DNA of 64,000 bases from Octopus bimaculoides (GCF_001194135.2 NC_068983.1:105450036-105514035), one strand, 5' to 3'; shown: positions 36,715-49,574, numbered from the stretch's first letter. Numbers and translations are program-made. The notes: a model not told the origin generated them from the letters alone.

Positions 36715-36879
36715 GTGACATCTGAAGCTGATGTTGATAATGCACTAGCAATTGCCAAAAACAACTTTGGTCGGCTTGATGCAGTGGTGAATTGTGCTGG
36801 AATTGGTGTAGCTTTCAAAGTCTACAATTTTAAAAAGGAATTGCCACATAGTTATGAAGATTTCAAAAAAGTTCTTTCA
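36715..36879 (+). CDS. HSD17B10: HSD17B10 exon 3 ([55 protein letters not shown])
   Basis: Splice sites cattataag| and TCA|gtaagt; 165 nt. Contains the NCAG motif. Confidence 0.96.
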
Positions 36880-37261
36880 GTAAGTTGAATGTGTTTTTAC
36901 TTTATTCATCGGAAAGGGTCATAAAAATATCTTGAATAATCATTAAAATTAAACTCTATGTATTTGTGCAGTTGTCAAGATAGAAGCTATAACATGTAAA
37001 TATTTGTACTAAGAAGATAAAAAAAAAACCCATTGAAACACTACTGGAAAAATGAGTGAATAATCTTGTTCATCAGGGATATTTTAATAGTATTAGATGC
37101 TCCTATAGTCTGATCAGTGTTGGTAGAGAATATATTTTATTTGAATTCTTCTGGAAATTGCTTTTTCTGCTCAGCTGTCTTAACTATTATTTGGTCAATA
37201 ATGAAATTGTGTGAAAAAATATGTGAAGGTATAAATAATCTTTCAATATTTTCTTACAAGG

Positions 37262-38918
37262 ATTTTCCCCCGATCCCTTATCTGGTGGTCAGGGCGGAAA
37301 CTGGGGATAGACAAGTGGCTGGTAAGAGCTGTACAAGCTCTGTACAGGGATGCTGTCAGTAAGGTGAGGGTTGGTAACGAGTATAGTGAAGAATTCTGAG
37401 AAGGGGTTCACCAAGGATCAGTCCTCAGCTCTCATTCATTATAGTCCTCCAGGTAATAACACAGGAATTCAAGACAGGCTGCCCCTGGGAGCTCCTCTAT
37501 GCTGATGACTTTGCTCTAATAGCCAAGTCACTGCCAGAACTGGAGACGACGTTTAGAGTGTGGAAGCAAGGTCTAGAATCGAACCTAGCAAAAACCGAAG
37601 TCTTAGTAAGTAGGAAGGCTGTCAAGTCACAACCCCCTTCAGGTAGATGGCCCTGCTTGATCTGTAGAAAAGGCATTGGTAGAAACTCCATATGATGTAC
37701 CCGATGTAAGCTATGGACACATAAAAGGTGCAGCAATATCAAAGGAAGGTTAACTGGGAAAATAGTTTTTGTGTATGGCAGATGCACTGGGGCAATAAAC
37801 ACTGAAGATGTATAGAAAACAGATTCCATCACATGCCGGGGAAGAAACTAGAAGTAGTTAATAGCTTCTGCTACTTAGGTGACCAAGTCTATAGTGGGGG
37901 GTGGTTGCTCTGAAGTGTAGTGGCTAGATTAAGAATAGCCTCTGCTGGCAACTAAGGGCCTCTCACTCAGGGTGAAAGGTAGACTGTATGACGCATGTGT
38001 GCGAACTGCCATGCTAGACGGCAGTGAAACATAGGCCATGAATGCTGAGGAAATGCGTAGGCTTGAAAGAAATGAAGCTAGTATGATCAACTGGATGTAT
38101 AATGTCAGTATGCATACACAACAGAGTGTAAGTACCCTGAGAGAAAAGGTGGACATAAGAAGCATCAAATATGGTGTTGCAAGAGAGGCGACTGCTGGTA
38201 TGGTCATATGTTCTGTATGAATGAAGACAGCTGTGAGAGGAAGTGCCACTTCCTAACTGTAGAAGGAACCTGTGAAAGAGGTTGACCCAGAAAGACATGG
38301 GATGAGGTGGTGACGCACGACTTTCGAACATTGGGCCTCACAGAGGCAATGACGGGAGACTGGGACCTTTGAAGATACTGTGATTGAGAAGACCCGACAA
38401 CTAAAGTGAGATCGCAGCCACGCATGTCCAGCCCTGTTAAGAATACCCTCAATGCATCAAGCGATATGGAATGCTTAAGAAGACCTGTTGAGTCAAGTAA
38501 AACCAATATTGTAGCTGAAGCCAGTGCCCCTGACCAGCTCCCGTGCCGGTGGCATGTAAAAAGAACCATCCAATGTGGTCAATGCCAGGTCCACCTGACT
38601 GGCTCCCATACCTGTGGCACATAAAGAGCACCTACTGATCATGACCGATGCCAGTACCCACTGACTGGCTTCTGTGCTGGTGGCATGTAAAAAGCACCAT
38701 CCGAATGTGATCATTGCCAGGCCCACCTGATTGGTTCCTGAGCCGGTAGCACATAAAAAGCACCCACTACACTCTCAAAGTGGTTGGCATTAGGAAGGGC
38801 ATCTAGCTGTAGAAACATTGCCAGATTGGAGTCTGGTGCAGCTGCTGGCTCTCCAGACCTCAGTCAAACCGTCCAACCCATGCCAGCATGGAAAACGGAC
38901 GTTAAACGATGATGATGA
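37262..38918 (+). mobile_element. 5'-truncated RTE-type LINE in HSD17B10 intron 3
   Basis: RT motifs VHQGSVLS..LF and CPWELLYADD (37498-37509), Cys-rich WPCLICRKG...CTRCKLWTHKRCS, 3' UTR repeats and a (GAT)n tail. Stops and frameshifts present. Confidence 0.9.
38520..38775 (+). repeat. ~65-bp tandem units in A-B-A-B order within the RTE 3' UTR
   Basis: Units start at 38520, 38584, 38650 and 38716; units 1/3 and 2/4 share diagnostic variants. Confidence 0.8.
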
Positions 38919-39197
38919 GGTATTACTAGAATAGCTATAGTGTTATTTACAGTTTTAATATTTGAAATCTGATTCCCACATTAATAAGGTCTTAAATAGC
39001 AGTTATCTAAACATAAATGTAGTTTTGAGACTAGTTTTATCCAATAGCAAAAATTCATTGCAAATAATAATAAATCAGTATCTCCTGTAAGAGAAGTTTT
39101 GTTGCATAAATTAGATTTTTTTTTAACTTGGTTCATAGAATAAAAATTTGGATGTGTTATTTTTGCTAACTTAGGTTGCATCTACTTTGTATTAAAG

Positions 39198-39435
39198 GTG
39201 AACACTTGTGGATCTTTTAATGTAATCAGGCTTGCTGTTGGTTTGATGGGCAAAAATGAGCCAAATGCTGATGGGCATAGAGGTGTTGTTGTTAATACAG
39301 CTAGTGTTGCAGCCTATGATGGACAAATGGGTCAAGTTGCTTATTCAGCTAGTAAAGGAGCAATTGTTGGTATGACTTTGCCCCTTGCTAGAGACCTTGC
39401 ATCTCAAGGAATTCGTTGTATGACTATTGCTCCAG
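39198..39435 (+). CDS. HSD17B10: HSD17B10 exon 4 ([12 protein letters not shown]...[47 protein letters not shown])
   Basis: Splice sites attaaag| and CCAG|gtaagt; 238 nt. Contains the catalytic Ser (TAS) and YxxxK (YSASK). Confidence 0.97.
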
Positions 39436-40614
39436 GTAAGTCATCTATTATTATCTCCCTTTAATATTCAGGCTCTACATACATACATACATACGTACGT
39501 ACGAAAAATTGATAAAAGTTTCTATCATTTCCTTCTTTATGTGTTTCACTGTTGTGATTGTTTGGAACAACAGCATTCCATGTTCCAAGTGTTCCCCTGA
39601 TGATCTGTTGTTTTTAAGCATCCAGTTGCACTTGGAATATCCAGTGCTGTCATTTCAATCTACCGCAACAGTGAAATACATGTAGGAAACAAATGATATA
39701 AATTTGTCTTCATCATAATTTCTCCTACATTTGCTCTCCGTTTTATAATCAGTAGAAACCTAGGCTCTGTACTGAAAGCAGACTGGATGATAAAAACCTA
39801 CATGGAGCTCTAAAATCAACAGTAGTAGTTGTATTTCTAACTGTATGCACAAGATATACTACATACATATAACATTGGTTTGATGAATACATATTATTGA
39901 GGCACTGTTTTACAGCCAGATGTCTTTCATGTCATTAACCCTTATCTGATTTTCAAATAAGGGGCGTTTTATTCCATACACCTTCAAAAGTGCATAGCTA
40001 GAGAATGATTTTGTTTGCAAGGAAAGTCATCAAATATTATCATCTTTAACTCAGTGCTTTTCATGCAATATGAGGAATGTTAGCACACACATATGACAGG
40101 CTTCCATACAGTTTCCTTCTAGCAATTTCACCCACAATGTTCAACCCAATGCTACTGGAAAATACACTCTCCCAAAGTGCCATACTAGGAGATTGATCCC
40201 AAAACTACATGGCAACAAGGCAAGCTTTGCACCCACAAAGCCATGAGACTGCTTTTCTATCTCTTTGTCATATATTTATACACATACACAAACACTCTTT
40301 GTTCAATTTTAAAGACTTTAATAGAGTTTCAAACTAAATGCTTTGTGAAATTTTAGATATGTTCTCAGTTCAAAAACCGTTATCAAAAAATGAAAGTTTG
40401 CCTTTCATCTTTTCAAGATTGAGAAAAAGATAAGAACCTGTCAAATGATAGTTGATGTAACACTTCTTCTCCACCATACTTAGGGTTGCTTATATCAGAA
40501 ATCAATACTATTAATCCCTAAAAATCCTTGCATCCTCCCATAAAAATAAATTATATAAAATAAGACTTGGAGAAGATCATATACACATAATTTTTCACAT
40601 CTGGCCGCATAGCC

Positions 40615-40672
40615 TTTTCCGTTTGTTTTCCTGTCTTGTTTTCTTTTCCGTTTGTTTTCCTGTCTTGTTTTT
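40615..40672 (+). repeat. ~29-bp tandem duplication
   Basis: ttttccgtttgttttcctgtcttgtttt twice. Confidence 0.85.
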
Positions 40673-41261
40673 TGTCCGCCACTACATTCCTCCATGGCAC
40701 AAGTTTAATTTGTGTATACAAATTTAATTTGCGGTCCATGGGAAGAGCCATTTTAACAATGCGTCCTGCCCTACTCTTCGAAACGCCAGTGTTAAAATGG
40801 GGGTAGCCGATGAAGGAAAATGTTCTCTATGTGGCCTGTGTGTTTTCTGTACTCTGGTTATTATTATTTTCTTGTCTACGTTTTGTTTGCAATGTCCTGT
40901 ACCCAGANNNNNNNNNNNNNNNNNNNNNNNNNNNNNNNNNNNNNNNNNNNNNNNNNNNNNNNNNNNNNNNNNNNNNNNNNNNNNNNNNNNNNNNNNNNNN
41001 NNNNNNNNNNNNNNNNNNNNNNNNNNNNNNNNNNNNNNNNNNNNNNNNNNNNNNNNNNNNNNNNNNNNNNNNNNNNNNNNNNNNNNNNNNNNNNNNNNNN
41101 NNNNNNNNNNNNNNNNNNNNNNNNNNNNNNNNNNNNNNNNNNNNNNNNNNNNNNNNNNNNNNNNNNNNNNNNNNNNNNNNNNNNNNNNNNNNNNNNNNNN
41201 NNNNNNNNNNNNNNNNNNNNNNNNNNNNNNNATATATAGCTGAATTAGTTTGAGTTTAAAG

Positions 41262-41491
41262 CAGTGGTTCTCAACCAGGGTCCATATAAGATATTTTGTT
41301 TAAATTTATGAGCAATAAGTTGCTTATAAAATAATACACCAAATATTTTAACAATTTGTTAAATACAATTCCTAATGTTTAATAATTATAATACAATAGG
41401 ACTTTTTAAACATTGAATGAGGGTCCACCAGAGTTAAATAATCAAAGGAGGTCCCTTGATAAAAAAAAAAAAAAATGATTGAGAATCACTG
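41262..41491. mobile_element. hAT MITE in HSD17B10 intron 4
   Basis: TIRs cagtggttctcaac / gattgagaatcactg; TSD gtttaaag/gtttaatg (7/8). Confidence 0.8.
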
Positions 41492-41989
41492 GTTTAATGT
41501 TAGCAAGTTGCTGAAATCTGCTTAGAAAATGTCATCTCATTTCAAGACCAAGTGATTTAAAAGTCAGAATTGGCACTAAGAGATTTGATTTAAAACATAT
41601 TCCATCCATTTTTCTTTTGTTGAAAGCTTGAAAAGAGAAAGTGCCCATCATCATTGTAAGTCTTCTCAGACTAGAATGTATGGATAACTATATCTAGTAT
41701 TGTCACAGTTTCGTTTTTAAGGGAGTGGTGTTGACTTGCAGGAGAATTCCAGGCTGCATTTTTTAAAAAGATATTTTAAATGTCAGCAATGAGTTTGTAA
41801 AACAAGATGCCCTCTTGTAACAAGAGGAATAGTATTAGATGAATTAAATGATATGTTATGCATTCTATAAGCTTTGTGACTGGGAAAGACAGGTGTTACA
41901 TTGATAGTGTGAAAACAAGAACCAGCTTTTTTTTTTTTTTTTTTTNNNNNNNNNNATGTAAATAATTGCTTTTTTTTGCTTTTTTATAG

Positions 41990-42180
41990 GTCTTTATGAT
42001 ACTCCATTGTTGGCAGGACTGCCTGAGAAAGTGAGGAAATACTTAGCATCTACTGTCCCATTTCCCAGCAGACTTGGTGATCCTGCAGAATATGCTCACC
42101 TCGTACAGTCTGTTATTGAAAATCCAATGTTGAATGGAGAGGTGATACGTATTGATGGAGCACTACGAATGGCACCTTGA
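41990..42180 (+). CDS. HSD17B10: HSD17B10 terminal exon 5 ([63 protein letters not shown])
   Basis: Acceptor tttttatag|; 191 nt ending TGA at 42180. Near-identical to the human C-terminus. Total CDS 21+165+165+238+191 = 780 nt. Confidence 0.97.
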
Positions 42181-42737
42181 ACTCTTTAGTTATGACCAAG
42201 ATCCCACTTCACAAATATAGTTATTTCACTACTGGAAATACATGTTGTTGAGAATGTTTTCCTTGATATTCCTTTAGCTATAATTACAAGTTAGAGCGAG
42301 TTTAAATTGGTTTGAAATACAAAAGATTTAAAACTAAAATACATGTAATCACAGGGGATAGTTTTTTTTACTAGTCATTGAAACTTTAGTTAGCAACATC
42401 TACCTAAACAGTCATGCAAGCATTCACACACACACACACACACACACTGGAATTAACTATATAAAATATCCATTTAAGATATATTTTCTATTTTCTTTTT
42501 GTGATGTTAGAATATAACAATTCCATGCCCTCTTAGCTTTTACAAATTTGTTAAAATGAAAAAAGTCTTTTTTCTTGCTTTTTAAGTTTAATTACATTTC
42601 TTAGTGAACTTCTTAATTAGTATTAATTTGAAGGTTAGCACTACCAAATAACCTCATCTTTAGAGAGTGTATTATCATTATTTATATTTGTCACATCTTA
42701 TTCTTCCATTAAAGTTCCTAGTTCAAATCCTGTCTGG

Positions 42738-42776
<39 letters not shown>

Positions 42777-43672
42777 ATTTGTAGGGCTGTATGTACACAC
42801 CAGAATAAGACATCTGATAATATAATCAGATAAAACAAAGTGTCAATATATTTTACATATACAGCTAAGCTTAATACTTTGAAAAATTGTAATCTTATTA
42901 ACAACAATGCACCTCAGATATTTAAGCATTTATTCAAGATATGTGAGAAATTGAGTATGGGCACTGATATTCATACTCAGTTAAAACCATTTCACTGTAT
43001 TTGTGGCTTCATGTCTGATGGTAAGAAATCAATAAGTATTTGTTTTGGAGAATGACAATGAATTAAATCCTTTCCAAAGAAATGCATTGCCATGATAACA
43101 GCAATGTGCTAAACCAAATAAGCAATTTGATTGATGAAAATGTTTATTTTAGGTTAAAAGAATCTAATTATGAATTCTTTCTAAAAAGAAAAAAACCGGT
43201 GTTATTGTTCTAGTTATAATATCGGACAGTTTATCCAACTTGAAAATTTAACTTTTTTTCCCTGAAAATAAATAGAAAAAAAGGATCACTTTGCATTTCA
43301 TCTTTCTGCAGTTGGTAAATTACCTACCTTTCAAATACTGACAGTTGATTTAATCAGTTACATGCATTTCCAAAATCTTTGTGACTGTGCACCAAGTTTA
43401 GTGTTCTGTAAATTAATAAGTATACGTTAATCTTTTGAATGCTTTAAAAACTCTTGGACAAGGTTGAAGCAAACACTCATATTAGAAAATTACATTTACA
43501 TGGATTGTTGTTATTCCAATATCTTCTGATTTCATTTTGTTTTCTTATTTTTCCTTATATAATGTGCTTATAAATATAATGCAAAGTATTTTATACTGAT
43601 ATATAGATATATATATTCATTTGTATTCTAAACTTTTTTATATATTTTTTGCATGGCACATCTACAAGACTA

Positions 43673-43863
43673 CCGTATTTGATGGCATATATGATGCACT
43701 ATTTTCCAAAAACTGTCTCAAAAAATTTAGCTCAGGCCCTATATGTGAAATTGAACCTATATTACATGTTTTAATGCACCAAAAACGTTTCTCCTGAATA
43801 TGTGCTGCTGAAATTGGAGCACACTTAATATGCCTGTGTGTCTTGTATGCCATCAAAAAAGGT
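43673..43863. mobile_element. Tc1/mariner (pogo/Tc2-like) MITE
   Basis: Imperfect TIRs (ta)ccgtatttgatggcatatatgatgcac / gtgtcttgtatgccatcaaaaaagg(tta) in TA context. Confidence 0.55.
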
Positions 43864-46671
43864 TATCAGATGGTCATTCCATCTCGATTTTGATCTGGAA
43901 GTTAATAATCAAAATATTGAGACATAGTAAGTAAACCTCATTTTGCATTTCTCTAATCCAAAATCAAGGAGTACACTTCTGAGAATGAACTAAAGGAAAG
44001 AAAAAAGTGACAAAAAAACCAAAGCAACCTTTTAATTCAGTTAAATTTAAACTTCTAAGAGGACAAGAACATTCATCTCTTGACTGATTTCTTGATTTCA
44101 GTCAGTATCTATGTGTTGCTAACCATCATACAATAAAAGGAAAGTTTATTTTTTGTTTAAATTCATCATTGTTAAGTCAGTATTTTTGTTTTAAGAAAGT
44201 GTTTCTTTTATATACAGTGATACACACATGTATAGATATGTGTGTGTGTATGTATGTATATATATATTTTTATGTTTACACGCACTTGAATGCAAACAAG
44301 CACCCAACAAACATTTTCGTTTAATGCTTTTCATACAAAGAAAGGAATGTAAGCATTCATGCATGCACCTGATGGGTTTCCATGTATCATTTTCACTCAA
44401 AAGGCATTAGTCAGTCCAAAGCTACAGTAGGAGACACTTCCCACAAGATATAATGAAATAGAAACCAAGACCACATGGTAACAAAATGAACTCAGTATAT
44501 CCTTTATCTGTTTTAGTCATACTCGGGCACTGCTTTGAAGAAATTTTAATAGAATGAATCAACCCAGTACTTATTTTCCTTTTAAGCCTGATACTTTATC
44601 AGTCTCTTTTTGCCAAGTTGTTAAGTTAGAGGAACATAAACCAACACTGGTTGTCAAGTGATGGTGGGGGACAAACATACACACACATATAGATATATAT
44701 ATATATGACAGGCTTCTTTTACTCACAAGGTTTTGGTTGGCCCAAGAAGATGCTTACTCAAGGTGCCATATAGTGGGACTATGTGTTTGTGATATACTTA
44801 TATTCTTGTTTCAGTCCATGCTGGAGCACTACCTTACAGTTTTTTAGTTGAAGAAATTGCCCCCAGGACTTATTCTTTGTAAGTCTCATACTTAGTCTAT
44901 CGGTTTATTTTGCCAAACCGCTATAGGGACGTAAACACACCAACATCGATTGTCAAGTGATGGGGGGGGGCAAACATACAAATATAAATATATATTTATT
45001 TATTTATTGCCCACAGGGGGACTAAACGTAGAGGGGACAAACAAGGACAGACAAAGGGATTAAGTCAATTACATCAACTCCAGTGTGCAACTGGTACTTA
45101 TTTAACCAATCACAAAAGAATGAAACGCAAAGTCAACCTCAGCAGAATTTGAACTTAGAACGTAACAGCTGACGAAATACCGCTACCGCTAAGCATTTCG
45201 CCCAGTGTGCTATCGATTCTGCCAGCTCGCCACCTTGTGTGTGTGTGTGCATATATACACACACACACACACACTGGGCTTCTTTCGGTTTCTGTCTACC
45301 TAATCCACTCGCAAGGCTTTGGTCACTCCAAGGTTATAGTAGAAGACACTTGTCCAAAGTGCCACACAGTGGGACTGAACCTGGAACCATGTGATTGAGA
45401 AGCAAGCTTCTTACACAGTCACACCAGTCATGTAATAGCCATTTTCCCATGCCTACATAGGTTGGGTGTGTGCTTCTACAAGGCAGCATTTTTAGTCACT
45501 CTGCCTTGATAATGATGACACTGTATTCAAGAGACCCTGTGTCTTGGTTAATGGCCTTATATACTTCCTTTATCATTATTACCCTATGTTCCTATACCAC
45601 TGCAGCCATTGCCACCTGTTTCTTTAGATCTATCGCCCATCCCTTTTTCTGTTGTTATTACCACTGCCACACCGGCTAACATCAACACAGTCGTCTGTTC
45701 CCATCTTCTTTATCATTGCCCACTCTGCCATCAGCAGCAACAGTTTCTCCACCACTAAACATATCACTGAATTCACTTTCATGATTTTTCATACAGCACC
45801 ATCATTGGTATTGCCAATGACCACATTCCCCCACCTTCACCATCTTGACACTGTGCACCTCATGGACTTAGAACATTTTCCTCACCATCTGCTTGTCCCA
45901 GCACCTTCAACCACCCTCTTTCAATCCTATGTACGACTGTATATCTGTCTTACTCATATATATATACAAAGAAGAAATACAGATATTCTTGGTAAAAATA
46001 CTAAGGTGTCTGCAGATCAAAAGTACTCAACATATTTAAGGGTAGCTCTTTCATAGTTTACATACCACTTGGAAAATATTTGAGTAAGGAATGTTATGAT
46101 TCTAGAAGTAAAGCTGCTTCAAGAATCAGCAGAATTTTCAGTATGACAGAAATGGGCAGGGTGAAAGTATGTGTATTACAAAAACTTGCACAACTGAAAA
46201 CCACCAATGAGCATATTTCAACCTCATCTCTCAGTTACAGCCAAACTTTGATGGATCTAGTAGCAGCTTTCTAGATGAGCCATCTTTCAAGTTGTAAATA
46301 AACTTTAAAATACACACATGCATGTGCACAACATATACACTAACTGCACTGTGTATATTTCCAAAAGTTTACAACTTTATAAAAAGTATCAGAAGTCACA
46401 TAGCTTATAACCTTATCTTTGAAGATACCTAGATGCAAGAGTGCCCTACATGAAACATAGATAAACCCATGCATAAATTTAATATATTTTTGGTAAATTT
46501 CCAGAAAAGATTAATGTACAGTTTGTCCAAGAAGGTTGAGTCACTGAAAATTGTTGCATCTTAGCCATATAAAAGGTGGTTAATGTTGAACTTCATAGAA
46601 ATGCACAAATAAAGAAGCAAGCAACTACATAACCTGAATATTTTAGTCTTAGTGATTTTTTAAATTTAATT

Positions 46672-46880
46672 TTAACCCTTTAGCATTCAGATTACTATGT
46701 CAAATGTTATGCTTATTTATTCACATTACTTTGAATTAATCATGCATTATCTTGTAGCGTCAAGATTTCAATGGTGTATTTGTATATTTTTAAAATAACA
46801 TTGTAGGGTAGGTGTGAGAGTTTGATTGTAATCAGTTTTAACATAAAATTGGTAGAATATTTGGGCCACATTAAAGTATT
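46672..46880 (+). mobile_element. piggyBac-like MITE, left end intact (homologous to 61365-61578)
   Basis: Begins TTAA-CCCTTTAGCATTCA; the body aligns by eye to the 61365 copy. Confidence 0.55.
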
Positions 46881-46917
46881 AAGCACAAATACCAGGTATA
46901 GAATCAAAGGGCCTTAA

Positions 46918-48170
46918 AGTTAACCTAGCAAAAACCCAAGTTTTCGAAGGTAGGAAGGCAGACAAATCCCAAATCCCTTCAGATAGATGACCCTACTCAA
47001 TCTGTAGAAAAGGTGTAGGTAGAAACTCTGTAAGATGTACCATGTAAGCTTTGGACACCTAAAAGGTGCAGCAATATCAGGAAGGTTAACAAGAAAACTA
47101 GCTTTTGTATGTGGAAGATGCACAGGTACAATAAACACTGAAAATGTGCAGAAAATAGACTCCATCAACTGCCAGGCAGGCAAGCTGGAGGTGGTAGAGA
47201 GCTTCTGTTATCTAGATGACCAAGTTAGTAGTGGAGGTAGCTGTGAGATTAAGATCAGGCTGGACAAAGTTGCAAGAGCGTCTATCCTTGCTGACAACAA
47301 AGGCCTCTCTCTCAGAGTGAAAAGAAGATTGCTTGATGCCTGTGTGCAAACAGCTATGCTGCATGGCAGTGAAACACGGGCTGTGACAGCTGAGGGGATG
47401 CATAGGCTTGAAAGAAATGAAGCCAGTAAGCTTTGCTGGATGTACAATGTCAGTGTGCATGTTTGACAGAGTGTAAGCGTCTTGAGAGAAAAGTTAAGCA
47501 TAAGAGGCATCAGATGTGGTATGCAAGAGAGACAACTGCACTGGTATGGTCATGTGGTGCGTATGGACAAGGACAGCTGTGTAAAGAAGTGCCGATCTCT
47601 AACTGGAGAGAACCTGAGGTAGATATGAGGCAAGGTGGTGAAGCATAATTTTTTAACTTTGAGCCTCACAAAGTAATGACTAGTGACTGAGATCTTTGGC
47701 GATGTGCTATACTTGAGAGGACCTGTCAAGCCAAGTGCACCTGTGCTGGTGGCATGTAAAGAACACCTTTTGAGCACTGGGTCTCATGGAGGCAAAGTAG
47801 CCGAGCTCCTTTCGAGCACTGAGCCTCACAGAGGCAAAGTGGCTGAGTTCCTTTCAAGCACTGGGCCTCACAGAGGCAAAGTAGCTGGGTTCCTTTTGAG
47901 CATTGGGCCTCATGGAGGCAGTGACCAAGACTTTTGGCATTAAGTTGTGCTTGAGAAGAAAACCCATCAAACAAAGGAACATCGCAATTGTGGCAGATAC
48001 TGGTATCAAGCAAATTGGCATGTGAAAGCACCTCAGTGTTACACAAATGGCACCCATGCCAGTGGCATGTAAATGCACCCATTATACTCTCGGAGTGGTT
48101 GGCATTAGGAAGGGTATGCAGCCTTCCACCATGCCAGCATGGACAACAAACATCAAATGATCATGGTCAT
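46918..48170 (+). mobile_element. 5'-truncated RTE-type LINE with internal 42-bp tandem amplification
   Basis: Translates to the same post-RT region as the 37262 copy (HLKGAAISGRLTRKLAFVCGRCTG, TAMLHGSET, RLERNEAS); shared 3' tail. Confidence 0.88.
47766..47925 (+). repeat. 42-bp tandem repeat, about 3.8 copies
   Basis: Units start at 47766, 47808, 47850 and 47892 (cctttYgagcactgggcctcacagaggcaaagtagcYgagYt). Confidence 0.95.
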
Positions 48171-48639
48171 GATTATGATCATCATTTTAACACCCACTTT
48201 TCTATTCTTGCTTCGGTCAAATGGAATTGGTTAAAGCAGATTTTCTGCAGCCAAATGACATTCCTGTCACCAACTCTCAACTATTTTCAAGCAAGTAATA
48301 TTTTCCCATGGCCAGATATGTTTTTCACAGAAAACTGGAAACCAACAGTATCATTTGTATAACATCCTCTCTTATCTGTTATAACTATCATCACTCTGGC
48401 ATATCTGCCAGCACCAACCTCCCTCCACCTTTGTTCCACACTCACTATAGCCACCCCTGCGTAACTATGACATCCAACTCCATCAATGCACATTTCTATC
48501 TCTCACCTCTTACTCCTCACTGCACATCATTCACATATTTTCTGATCTCCCTACAGGTTTGTGATACTGCAGCTCTCCTCCCTTCATGCACTGCCACTTA
48601 TTACCTCTTTCCTCCTGGCCTTTCACCTCAGGCAGGGTG

Positions 48640-49140
48640 CTCATGTAGGATTTACAGTGGTTGCACAGTGAATGGTCAATGCAACACAGAAACTGTGATC
48701 TATGAAGCAGATGTAGTGTTGTTCTTGGAATAACAGAAGTGGGTACATGCAAAAATATATTGGAGCTACAGAAGATCCTATTAAGATGGAGTTAAATAAT
48801 CACAAGTCCTCTCTTAGAATTCATCAAGAGAAGCTATGCATGGCAACTAAAAGAGGAAGTAACATCATACAAAATCAACTGGAAACTGCTGAAATGACCT
48901 GGACCATATCTGAAAGGAAGTAGCCATAGCAAACATTGCTTGGTGGAGATGAAACTTTCTCATTTGTTGCCAAAATGCGAGGGTTAACACACATTCCACA
49001 TCTTGGTATTTTCTGAACCAAGTTTTAAATTCTAAATTTAAAGTTTTTAATTCACCTGAAGAAAACAGGTCTTTTCATGATGTAATCAGTTTACTCATCA
49101 ATTAAAATTGCATCTGAAACAGGTGTAGTGAACCCATATC
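48640..49140 (+). mobile_element. Penelope-like element remnant: GIY-YIG endonuclease plus 3' pseudo-LTR with hammerhead-like motif
   Basis: C.VNGQCNTETVIYEADV...KYIGATEDPIKMELNNHKSSLR...AWQLKEEVTSYKINWKLLK matches the PLE GIY-YIG pattern. Hammerhead core elements at 49051-49132. Confidence 0.75.
49051..49132 (+). ncRNA. Type-I hammerhead ribozyme-like motif (probably decayed)
   Basis: TTCAC-CTGAAGA-[53 nt]-GAAA-C-aggt-GTA-GTGAA: 5-bp stem I, conserved core, short stem III, GUA cleavage triplet. Confidence 0.45.
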
Positions 49141-49574
49141 TGTTCTTTCTTTATGTAAACACCACACCTGGAACCTTCCCAAAGTTGGAAATGGAACTCA
49201 CTGTAGATCATGAAACTATGTATATGGATAATTTTGCATATATATGTGTATGTTGATTTCTTCATATACATGTATATATGTGTTGAGACTATCTGTACAC
49301 ATATTGGTATATGTATGTCAGTATATGCTATATACACAGCTATGCTAATCTTGATCCTAACTTGGTGTCCTTGTTTTTAACATACTTTCATTCAAATAAA
49401 TCCTACGAACGTACCTTTTTTAGGGTATGACTTTTTGCATATTCCATCTGCAAACTGTGAATTATGATTATTACATTACACCGAACTTCCTGAGACAGCT
49501 GTTGAGTTAAGAAATTATGTATTTTCTTCATCTTTTTCTGTATTTTTTGAGCTCTTTGTTATTGTATGTATGTA

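Noticed and set aside
40749-40820. 11-bp stem enclosing gcGTC...GAAACgc, followed by CCGATGAAGG, suggestive of a hammerhead
   Set aside because: The core elements are not in a foldable order with stems I and II; adjacent to a gap.
47766-47925. Regular repeats as a CRISPR-like array or a 14-aa repeat protein (ORF 47683-47943)
   Set aside because: Head-to-tail units with no unique spacers, derived from RTE sequence in a eukaryotic genome.
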